From positions 1 through 24,587 of the IMG/VR virus record IMGVR_UViG_3300020044_005059: a stretch of DNA of 24,587 nt; one strand, 5' to 3'. The stretch is from a virus. Lineage: Duplodnaviria; Caudoviricetes. The translations under genes were made by a program, and so were the position numbers. Positions 9,601 through 16,506 of this stretch are shown here, piece by piece (the first letter of the stretch is position 1; each line of letters starts with the position of its first letter). Under the pieces are notes generated by a model, which had not been told where the DNA came from, made no database searches, and saw nothing but the letters and a program-made list of their open reading frames with translations.

Positions 9601-10860
9601 TATGCTGCATCTCGTGCTGGTATTGATATGCTTAGATCTGTACCTAATGTTACATTGCAAAATAAATTAGATGCTCTTGTATCTTTACAACAAAAGCCAG
9701 GACTTAGTCTTAAGGAACATGAAGATATTCAAAGACAAGTAGAAGATTTAACTAAGCAATACTTTAATGAAAGTCTTATTACTCGTTTAGGGTATAACGA
9801 TATAGGCTCTAATGCTGCTGTTAGATACGATTATGCTAATAATAATTCTACTATTCAACGTAAAATTATGGGTGTGTTTGCAAGGGCTATTACTCTTAGA
9901 GCACAAACAGATGCTAATAGAATAGCTGTACTTTCAGTTGGTGCTGATATTATGTCAACACAATTACGTAGTCTTGCTAATGTTCCTGTTCATTTAAGGG
10001 ATACTGCTTTTGCTTCTGGTATGGGTTTAACTAAAGAACAAGCCCAATCATTAACTGAACTTCAAGCTTATGGATTAGATGTAAATGGATTTTTAGCTTT
10101 AATGGATAAAATGCCAAGCTTAAACCCATTCTCACATGAATTTATGAGTGCTGAAGCTACAAATGCCGAAGCACAACATCTACAAGAAAACGTAGCTACT
10201 GCTTTAGCAAATATGGTTGATCAAAAAATTGTTAACCCTCAGGTATTTAACACACCTAAAATATTTAATGATCCTAGATTTAAACTTATTACTGCTATGG
10301 GTAGGTTTATGGCTACAGCTAGTGCTGTTGTGTTACCTAGACTATATAAACAATATCTATTAAATGGTAATGCTGCTATGAGATATAGCGCATTTGCTAC
10401 TATAGGTATGTCTCTTGTTGCTGGTCAATTAATTAACATGCTTAAAAATGGTATGTCTTATGGTGATGATGATAGCCCATATATTAAAAGCAGCGTAAAG
10501 AAAGCTCAGAGAGTTCTTTATAGCTCTGGATTGTTAGGTCAGATGGAACCTATAGTAGATAGAATATCCCCATTATATGACTTCAATAATAAGAAACCAT
10601 CTTTGTTTGATAAGACAGGTAAAAAGGGTAACACTATTGAGGGTAAACCTTTAGGATGGGCTTATGCTACTGCTAAAGAAATGTTACCACAATCACCTCA
10701 AGTTACTTGGGGTTCTAATATAGTTAAAGGTGTATCTGAATTGGCTAATAATGAAACACAAAAAGGCGCAAAAGACTTAGCGAGAGCTATGCCAGTTATA
10801 GGAAGCTTTCCAATAGCTCAACAGGAATTTGCAAACATGTTCAAGAAAGAAGGTAAATAA
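6601..10860 (+). CDS. Large internal virion/ejection protein with N-terminal thermonuclease (SNase)-like domain
   Basis: 1419 aa; AAGGAG RBS; aa ~25-117 carry LDPDT, RVQGYNAPE, DKYSR and VKTGLA; remainder is helical with several Gly/Ala hydrophobic segments. Confidence 0.65.
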   Translation: MKPTDPVPVQEDSSILPPTISTSNWLDPDTFKNATTGKSNRVQGYNAPEVGHIKDGRWVPGQYQGASALIPEAARISGFNQGNIVGTDKYSRDLNNITNPGTGETLSNFAVKTGLAPVNPFTSEKAISDKSYLSSFSILYPELAKKDPTLAAVAEAKKAKQKALAQQGLPEYIPTLNARDEAEFAYQKNALGTGAQTRILERIKDIEKDLATYGGSSPFYDPETGTQLGTANSGITDSQRAMLLKEKESLANQLQYAAMGQDLYGGVDIRSKDRTIMNKSKSNIGDMYDSMWLNLYQNIAGIGQLAGDTTGWESLSKVASKNVQLNKMEKGLMPETLSFSDVANSKGAWDTIANGASYISGQLINSLPYIVAITGAEIATAGMATPYIGSVLSTVPVSMLYAGQFYSEQPDDKKDPLLAVMTAIGSGTLDKLGLDHLLGKGLFTVAGEKEAVKAIMANSAKSGVMLGEAEARNLLHNATKQEIMELTQFSRDFAIKQIKSPEAIARRTADITLKAGAEMGTETAQQELEMLGQSGERNTNYRYKEDYYHQLKEAAAGGFLVGGTISGFGHGVNMAGWHGTADLMALNEKMLGDAQRFQALNQQNLDNNTGGYRTVQEMARTESRNAQQTNAEGFENIPVRTGFWKETVLPMITSPISMLRQFAHTAIPSITNEDGSFKTNLAKIKAIMGGFGILPGEHAAGFRQRALGRWSEGTDVHELAADLGVGTAQAENYVNQAMGQWSQGIKLGGDELSEKLQRWKDRVDEVTQDMIRLGTAAGVDVTSLLGDNPLFNTVKVDPAKWMANKMDILTEMVNANADQNSARTAIENLLSNNRQESNLARDYLNQYGVFTNPNLKHLFQEGIFANMEHHKEQMANSIMAATYFGKNGQVLANLLRQAKANGEFANDEEYKDTATEVKAFYDMMNNNFHAPNENSIINKSIGWATTGSMLAYLSKAAVSSQVEAIMALLGTPGHMIGKQLSTYFKSYFKEIKSDINMGASYAASRAGIDMLRSVPNVTLQNKLDALVSLQQKPGLSLKEHEDIQRQVEDLTKQYFNESLITRLGYNDIGSNAAVRYDYANNNSTIQRKIMGVFARAITLRAQTDANRIAVLSVGADIMSTQLRSLANVPVHLRDTAFASGMGLTKEQAQSLTELQAYGLDVNGFLALMDKMPSLNPFSHEFMSAEATNAEAQHLQENVATALANMVDQKIVNPQVFNTPKIFNDPRFKLITAMGRFMATASAVVLPRLYKQYLLNGNAAMRYSAFATIGMSLVAGQLINMLKNGMSYGDDDSPYIKSSVKKAQRVLYSSGLLGQMEPIVDRISPLYDFNNKKPSLFDKTGKKGNTIEGKPLGWAYATAKEMLPQSPQVTWGSNIVKGVSELANNETQKGAKDLARAMPVIGSFPIAQQEFANMFKKEGK

Positions 10861-13800
10861 TGGTCGGTAAAATAAATGTACCATCAACGGTAAGTAGTGC
10901 TCCCATTGGTGGTAAGTTATCGGTTCAAGACTTACTGAACCAAGCAGTAGATAGATACGGTCAGGCTCCAACCCCTGTAATACCCGGATCACAAGCTGCT
11001 CAACAAGGTGTTAGTGAATACAATCCTGTTCCTTTAAGTGTTCCTGCTTTACCAGCTCCTGGTTTTAAAGGGGTAGTAGAATCTAATAGGATTGGACCTG
11101 AATCTTCTCCTGAAGCATTAGCAGAAGTAACCCAATCACCTTATGCAGGTATTCCTCGTAATGAACCTACATTTGATGAAAAAGGTAAAGCAATTATTGA
11201 CCCTAATACAGGTGAATATGTTACTCGTAGAATACCTATGGAAAGGTTTGGTGAGGAACAAGAAGCACAATTAGAAACTGTTCCTAACTTTGATCCTGCT
11301 CTTATGGAAGATAATCCTGTAGAGATGGCTAAACAAATCCTGTCAACCAATAACAAAGCTGACTTTGATGAAGAGTCTATTAATAGACTTGCAGATAAGA
11401 TGGCTCCTACATTAGCAACAATAGCTAATAATACTGAACATGATTTGTTTAACCCTACAGAGGCTACTATAGGTAGTATGCAAGTTGGTTATGAAGGTGT
11501 ACCTGTAGGTATTCAAGTTCAACACCAATTTGAATTACCTCAAGAACAAATAAAACCGTTAGCTACTATCATAGGTATATCTCATATCCTAGCTACTGAG
11601 CAATCTAATCAATTTAAAGACAGCCCTAACACAGGTTATACTAAAGAAGATGGTATGATCATAGATGCTAATGGTAATGTAATTGAGGATGCTGTACCTG
11701 AAGTTAATTTAATTAACTCTATGATTCATTCTGCTCAAAATGCTCTTGATAGAGTAGGTATTGCTATACCAGCTGAAGCTGTTAGACAATTAGTTGAAGC
11801 TAAAATACAAGCAGAAAAATATAACGGTAGTCATAGATTAATGCAAGATAAAAATGGCAACTGGGTGTTAGGCTCTACTCCTAGAATTAAAGATATGGCT
11901 AGGGAGTTAAGCTATTTATCTGAGGCACTAGCAGGGGATACTCGTAGAGCACCTCCAAGTAAAGTACCTCAATTATCTGGTTCTAATTTCTTGAAACCCG
12001 GATCTCAAACTAGTAGAAATACTATGAGTGTTCCTGGAACTAAAGCTACAATAGCGGAAGCTGTTAAGGATATCTTTGGTTCTATTGCTGAAAAGTTTCA
12101 AAAGAAAAATGTAATCTCTACATCAAAGCAATTAGAAGATATTAAAGCTAAAATGATTGATGATGAGACAGGCTACTACTCTACAAGTGTATTTGCTAAA
12201 CGTCATAAAATGGATCAAGCTACCTATAAAAACCTTATGGGTAGAGTATCTCCAGATAAAAATTATGATGACAGTAATCCAGAAAGTAGAGCTAAGTTTA
12301 ATGAAGCTAAAGTAAGACATGCTAGAGATCAAATGGATTCTCGTATGAATATGCTTAAAAATGATATTGAAAAAGCTATGTCATTAAAAGGATTATTATA
12401 CTCAGGGTTCATCCATAGTAGTGCTAACCAACGTTTCTTTAGAAACAGTGATGGCACTGATATTATGGCCTCTAAAGGTGGTGTTAGAGAAATGCTTAAT
12501 TTTGGTGTGCAAGGTCACGTACATGCCACTAATTTATTTAACCCTACAAGGATTAAAGATTTACAACAAAGAGCTAACACTATCTTCGCTAAACAAGGAC
12601 AAGCTAGACAAGAAGAACTTTTAAAACTTACCCCTATTGAAAGAGCTTCATTAGGATTAATGGAAATGGCTGTAGTAAACTATTATTCTTTTTCAGGTTC
12701 ACCTGAAGTACAAAGAAAAAATATTAAAAAGTTTTCTGAAGCTGAATTAATTAATATGTATACGCCTGAAATAGGTCAAACACTAGCTGCTCATGGTAAG
12801 GATTATAATGATTGGTTAAATAACAAAATAGATTCTGATCATCCTTTTGTGATTAATCAATTATCTAAGATGCCTAGAGGTGAAGCACAAGGTCATGCCA
12901 ACTTATGGGATGATATGTTCCAAGTTATGATTGTAGCTATGGATCCTGCTAACAAAGCACCTGTAAGATTATCTGCTTTAAACTATGATGATGGTAATCA
13001 AAATGGTATTTTCTTACAAGCACTTTATTCAGGTAACAGTTCTACTGCTACACGATTAGGTTCTTATAACCCATCATTAGCTGATATGCGTGGTCACGCT
13101 CTTAATATTATCTCTGATCAATTAGATGAACTCTTGCCTGATAACCCAGAGAGAAGAGAAGCATGGGCTAAATTCTTTAGTGAAGCTTATAATAAATTAC
13201 CCGACAAATTAGCGGCTGATTTGTTTAAAGTTCCCATGATGCAAAACTCATATGGTAAAGATGCGGGTATGTTCTTTGAGCATGTTAGAGAATTCTTAGA
13301 AGATTCCCAAGAGTATTCAAACATTTACGGTGATGTATTATCTTCTGTATATGGGAATGATATTAACGCAGCAGCATCTGACTTATCTAATGCTATGGAA
13401 TCAACCTTAAGAAAAACTATTAACCCTAAGTTTGTAGAAGCACTTAAGAGAGCTGGTCGTATGTTTGCTATTATGGATACTGTACCTACTATGGAAGGTG
13501 TAGCTAAGGACGATTGGATATTTAGTTCTGTTGATTGCGGGTTCATACCCGACTACAGTAAAAATACTGTTAGTACAAGTGTAACACCTGAAGGTCAAGA
13601 GATAATTGAAAAGACAATAGGTAAAATAACTACCCCTTATATGACACCTAATGGTGTTGTTGAAGCACCTATGGCTAGACGAGGTTTAAACCCTAATGCT
13701 TCTAAAGGTATTCAAAGATTCTTTAATAAAAAGAAAAAGACATTTGATATCTTTGAAAACCCTACTGGTTCAGCCTTAGCTAGACAAATGGGTGTTATGC

Positions 13801-14450
13801 CTATTCAATCTACTGATGGAGATTTAATTAAGCTAATGATGTTAGCTATTAATTCTAAATTAGAAATGCCTATGCCTATAGCTACTGTTCATGATGCTTT
13901 AATTACAACAGCTGATTCAATGCATCTATATAGAAATGCTTATAATAATATTGCTATCCCACAAGCTGTGGGTGAGATAAGTAAATTTGGTCACAAGCTA
14001 GAGAAAGCTTATATTAAATCTAAAGAAAAATTATTTGATAGATTAGTTGGCGAAGAATATATAGGCATTGGTGAGAATGGTGACTTCCCTTCTCTTGGAG
14101 CGGTCTTTGATGAGATATCAAAGAAAATAGAAAGTCCTGCATATAAAGAAATTTTCTTAAGACGTTCTCATAATAGCGAAGCTAATTGGGATGACTACGT
14201 AGCTAAACAAAAAGCTATTCTTAAGAAAGCAACTGATGCTGGATGGGTACAAGGTAAACCTAACTTAGCAGTAGATGCTAAATCTTTTAGAACATTATTC
14301 AATATATCTGAAGAGGTATTTGGAATGGGTGGAGCCAATAATAAATTCAAACAATGGGTAAATAATTTCCCAGTTGAAGTAGAACAAGGCTGGAAAGAAT
14401 TTAAGCGTAACACTGGTAAAGGTGGTATAGCTCAAATGACTCATGCATAA
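10860..14450 (+). CDS. Divergent single-subunit DNA-dependent RNA polymerase, candidate virion-encapsidated RNAP
   Basis: 1196 aa. In order: SANQRFF..SKGGVRE (DxxGR-like region), YDDGNQNG (motif A, D711), FKVPMMQNSYG (motif B Kx7YG, K790/Y798), PIQSTDG, ATVHDAL (motif C, H1011/D1012). Last gene of the virion block, TAATG-coupled to the previous gene. Confidence 0.8.
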   Translation: MVGKINVPSTVSSAPIGGKLSVQDLLNQAVDRYGQAPTPVIPGSQAAQQGVSEYNPVPLSVPALPAPGFKGVVESNRIGPESSPEALAEVTQSPYAGIPRNEPTFDEKGKAIIDPNTGEYVTRRIPMERFGEEQEAQLETVPNFDPALMEDNPVEMAKQILSTNNKADFDEESINRLADKMAPTLATIANNTEHDLFNPTEATIGSMQVGYEGVPVGIQVQHQFELPQEQIKPLATIIGISHILATEQSNQFKDSPNTGYTKEDGMIIDANGNVIEDAVPEVNLINSMIHSAQNALDRVGIAIPAEAVRQLVEAKIQAEKYNGSHRLMQDKNGNWVLGSTPRIKDMARELSYLSEALAGDTRRAPPSKVPQLSGSNFLKPGSQTSRNTMSVPGTKATIAEAVKDIFGSIAEKFQKKNVISTSKQLEDIKAKMIDDETGYYSTSVFAKRHKMDQATYKNLMGRVSPDKNYDDSNPESRAKFNEAKVRHARDQMDSRMNMLKNDIEKAMSLKGLLYSGFIHSSANQRFFRNSDGTDIMASKGGVREMLNFGVQGHVHATNLFNPTRIKDLQQRANTIFAKQGQARQEELLKLTPIERASLGLMEMAVVNYYSFSGSPEVQRKNIKKFSEAELINMYTPEIGQTLAAHGKDYNDWLNNKIDSDHPFVINQLSKMPRGEAQGHANLWDDMFQVMIVAMDPANKAPVRLSALNYDDGNQNGIFLQALYSGNSSTATRLGSYNPSLADMRGHALNIISDQLDELLPDNPERREAWAKFFSEAYNKLPDKLAADLFKVPMMQNSYGKDAGMFFEHVREFLEDSQEYSNIYGDVLSSVYGNDINAAASDLSNAMESTLRKTINPKFVEALKRAGRMFAIMDTVPTMEGVAKDDWIFSSVDCGFIPDYSKNTVSTSVTPEGQEIIEKTIGKITTPYMTPNGVVEAPMARRGLNPNASKGIQRFFNKKKKTFDIFENPTGSALARQMGVMPIQSTDGDLIKLMMLAINSKLEMPMPIATVHDALITTADSMHLYRNAYNNIAIPQAVGEISKFGHKLEKAYIKSKEKLFDRLVGEEYIGIGENGDFPSLGAVFDEISKKIESPAYKEIFLRRSHNSEANWDDYVAKQKAILKKATDAGWVQGKPNLAVDAKSFRTLFNISEEVFGMGGANNKFKQWVNNFPVEVEQGWKEFKRNTGKGGIAQMTHA

Positions 14451-14452
14451 AT

Positions 14453-14501
14453 AAAAAACCCCCTCAAGGATTATTCCTTGAAGGGGTTATTTTTTTTTTT
14501 T
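14453..14501. terminator. Bidirectional rho-independent terminator
   Basis: A-tract, hairpin AACCCC(C)TCAAGGA-TTAT-TCCTTGA(A)GGGGTT, then a long T-tract; lies between convergent stop codons at 14450 and 14500. Confidence 0.9.
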
Positions 14502-14760
14502 ATTTACTTAAAAGATCACGAATTTCTTTTTTTGCACCTGCAGCTAAGTTATCAGCCTTGGCTAGTGCATCTGTAAAGGACATACCTTGTTTGATATATC
14601 CATCATAATTTTCTTTGTGCATCTTACGAATAGCAGCATCATTTAATCCTGGAGTGTTAGCTAACTTAGGGTCTAAACCTAATGACTCACACACTTCCAT
14701 ATCTGAGGTTTCAGTATCACCTCTTAATGCAAAGATGTTATAGTTTTTTACATCACTCAT
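14500..14760 (-). CDS. Hypothetical protein (86 aa)
   Basis: Overlaps the Dps stop region; ends at the terminator; no recognisable motif. Confidence 0.75.
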   Translation of the reverse strand: MSDVKNYNIFALRGDTETSDMEVCESLGLDPKLANTPGLNDAAIRKMHKENYDGYIKQGMSFTDALAKADNLAAGAKKEIRDLLSK

Positions 14761-15215
14761 GTTAAACTCTTTCCTAATGTAGCTTTAATTTTCCAACGTA
14801 ATTTAGATAAGCCTTTTAGATAGTCACCAATAAGGGTAGATAACCCGCCTAATTGACTTGATTCTGCTTTGTCATAAACCCATTGAGCATTAGTCATTAA
14901 AAGATTAAAGTCAGTTAATAGAGAATTAAACATGGCAGCACTATTGTCAATCATACTGGTTGACTCAGTAATTTCTGTGGTAGCTAACATAGCTTTCATA
15001 CTAATAGCAGTAGGTAAATTTAACTGCCTAATCTGCTCACCTAAAGTGTCATGTTGCTCCCATAAGAAATCATAAATTTCTTCTAATAATCCATGATCTT
15101 GTGCAAAGGTAGAACCTTGAACATTAAAATGGAAGGCATGGGATTTAAAATAAGTAGTAAAGTTATCTGCATGGAGACATCTTAAAGCAGGGGTTACTGA
15201 AGAATATTCACTCAT
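14757..15215 (-). CDS. dps: Dps / ferritin-like DNA-protecting protein
   Basis: KSHAFHFNVQGSTFAQDHGLLEEIY...HDTLGEQIR matches the Dps signature with His, His, Asp and Glu ligands; 152 aa; C-terminal K.RW. Confidence 0.88.
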   Translation of the reverse strand: MSEYSSVTPALRCLHADNFTTYFKSHAFHFNVQGSTFAQDHGLLEEIYDFLWEQHDTLGEQIRQLNLPTAISMKAMLATTEITESTSMIDNSAAMFNSLLTDFNLLMTNAQWVYDKAESSQLGGLSTLIGDYLKGLSKLRWKIKATLGKSLT

Positions 15216-15310
15216 TTCTTTTCTTCCTTTTTCTTTTGTCCAAAGATCTTATCGTAGTTATCTTTAAACTTTTGTTCGTCAGTAGGACGTCTATTACTAC
15301 CCTTACTCAT
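15212..15310 (-). CDS. Small basic protein (32 aa), not in ORF track
   Basis: MSKGSNRRPTDEQKFKDNYDKIFGQKKKEEKK; start overlaps the upstream gene end and stop overlaps the dps start (ATGA). Confidence 0.75.
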   Translation of the reverse strand: MSKGSNRRPTDEQKFKDNYDKIFGQKKKEEKK

Positions 15311-15542
15311 TAGCTTCTTCCCAATCAAAAACATGTGTGTAGTCATCTACAAAATCTAAATGACAATTTGCTGGAGGAAAGTAACCCATACCTCGTAAGA
15401 ACCTTTCAAACTGTTCTATTACTTCAGTGATATGGGAATGAGCAGACATCTCCATACGAGTAATTAGTTTAGGGTTACTATGTGTACACTCAAAGACAAT
15501 GCTGTCTCCACGCATATCTTCAATATCATATTCATTAATCAT
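15303..15542 (-). CDS. Hypothetical acidic protein (79 aa)
   Basis: Overlaps both neighbours; EQFERFLRGMGY segment; GGGGA upstream. Confidence 0.7.
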   Translation of the reverse strand: MINEYDIEDMRGDSIVFECTHSNPKLITRMEMSAHSHITEVIEQFERFLRGMGYFPPANCHLDFVDDYTHVFDWEEANE

Positions 15543-15876
15543 CTGATTCCCCTAATAACTGACCAAGTGATTTTACTCTGGTTGTTTTGTTTTCTAACTC
15601 TTGTGCTTTTCTTGCTGCAAAATAACTATCTTTATTTTCTTCCATAAATTCTAACACTGCTGTTAATTCATTAATAATTAAACATAACTTCTTAGACTTT
15701 TCAGAGTAACTTTTCTCATTGTATACACAAAAATCTAAAGTAATATTCCTACTGCAATCAGATAAAGTAACGTAAGTATCTATAGACCAATTATTAACAT
15801 CACAAGTAACTTCAATAGCTGCTATCCCATGTTTATTATTAAGAAATTTTCTTGAGTTATATTTTTTAGATTTCAT
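15535..15876 (-). CDS. Hypothetical protein (113 aa)
   Basis: Start moved to ATG 15876 (MKSKKYN), which has a TAAGGA RBS; the ORF-track start lies inside tRNA-Arg. Confidence 0.75.
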   Translation of the reverse strand: MKSKKYNSRKFLNNKHGIAAIEVTCDVNNWSIDTYVTLSDCSRNITLDFCVYNEKSYSEKSKKLCLIINELTAVLEFMEENKDSYFAARKAQELENKTTRVKSLGQLLGESDD

Positions 15877-15888
15877 ATGTGTCCTTAG

Positions 15889-15963
15889 TGGTGGGTCATG
15901 CATGAATCGAACATGCACTCGTGACTTAGAAGATCACTGTTCTATCCATTGAACTAATGACCC
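15889..15963 (-). tRNA. tRNA-Arg (anticodon TCT)
   Basis: GGGTCAT TA GTTC AATGGATA GAAC A GTGAT CTTCTAA GTCAC GAGT GCATG TTCGATT CATGC ATGACCC ACCA forms a full cloverleaf with encoded CCA. Confidence 0.93.
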
Positions 15964-15968
15964 TGATA

Positions 15969-16044
15969 TGGTTGCGACAATTGGGTTTGAACCAATGACC
16001 TAGCGATTATCAACCGCTTGCTCTACCAACTGAGCTATGCCGCA
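15969..16044 (-). tRNA. tRNA-Ile (anticodon GAT)
   Basis: TGCGGCA TA GCTC AGTTGGTA GAGC A AGCGG TTGATAA TCGCT AGGTC ATTGG TTCAAAC CCAAT TGTCGCA ACCA. Confidence 0.95.
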
Positions 16045-16049
16045 TTGTA

Positions 16050-16136
16050 TGGTGGATTTTCTAGGGGTCGAACCTAGTTGCCCCGAAGGGCTACAGATTT
16101 ACAGTCTGCTGCAGTCGCCAATGCTGCTCAAAATCC
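16050..16136 (-). tRNA. tRNA-Tyr (anticodon GTA), long variable arm
   Basis: GGATTTT GA GCAG CATTGGCGA CTGC A GCAGA CTGTAAA TCTGT AGCCCTTCGGGGCAA CTAGG TTCGACC CCTAG AAAATCC ACCA. Confidence 0.9.
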
Positions 16137-16144
16137 TTGTATGT

Positions 16145-16219
16145 TGGTTGCGGAAACTGGGATCGAACCAGTGACCAAGGGATTATGAGTCCCCTGCTCT
16201 ACCATTGAGCTACTCCGCA
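16145..16219 (-). tRNA. tRNA with CAT anticodon (Ile2 or elongator Met)
   Basis: TGCGGAG TA GCTC AATGGTA GAGC A GGGGA CTCATAA TCCCT TGGTC ACTGG TTCGATC CCAGT TTCCGCA ACCA. The 1:72 pair is intact and 29-31 is GGA, so it is not an initiator. Confidence 0.93.
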
Positions 16220-16227
16220 ATGATTCC

Positions 16228-16244
16228 TATTAGGGGTCAGCTGG
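16228..16244 (-). promoter_or_regulatory. Candidate phage RNAP promoter copy 1 (CCAGCTGACCCCTAATA)
   Basis: 12-bp exact match TGACCCCTAATA shared with 18402-18413; 8 nt upstream of the tRNA cluster. Confidence 0.5.
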
Positions 16245-16506
16245 GCTGTCCAATAATAAAATCTTCTAACTCTTTTACTGAGATAGCACCTACTTTAGTA
16301 CGCAAAAGATTATCATGATCATCTGTAATAGCAAACGTAGGTACAGCTCTCACGTTAAACTTGATAGCAAGATCTTTGTCCTTATCAACATCAATGTGAT
16401 GAAGCAATGCACCATACTCAACCATGAAATCAATATCCTTGATACGATCATTCATGACCTTGCATGGTTGGCAAGTAGACGTAGAGAATTTATAAAGGTT
16501 AATCAT
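16237..16506 (-). CDS. Thioredoxin-like protein
   Basis: 89 aa; CQPC active site; IDVD...LAIKFNVRAVPT; ATGA-coupled to the RNR. Confidence 0.9.
   Translation of the reverse strand: MINLYKFSTSTCQPCKVMNDRIKDIDFMVEYGALLHHIDVDKDKDLAIKFNVRAVPTFAITDDHDNLLRTKVGAISVKELEDFIIGQPS

Noticed and set aside
11197-11208. TTGACCCTAATA, a near match to the candidate promoter on the + strand
   Set aside because: One C short, inside a CDS (IDPNT), and plausibly chance.
5306-14413. Alternative-frame and antisense ORFs inside the large + strand genes (5306, 5929, 10777, 11141, 12132, 12421, 13325, 13407, 14195)
   Set aside because: Nested in long genes with no motifs; expected shadows of biased codon usage.
3436-14450. 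A single N4-type giant vRNAP broken by frameshifts
   Set aside because: Each ORF has its own start context (RBS or TAATG coupling), and the polymerase is the last unit rather than central.
15877-15918. N-terminal extension of the 127-aa ORF
   Set aside because: Overlaps tRNA-Arg; a good RBS precedes ATG 15876.
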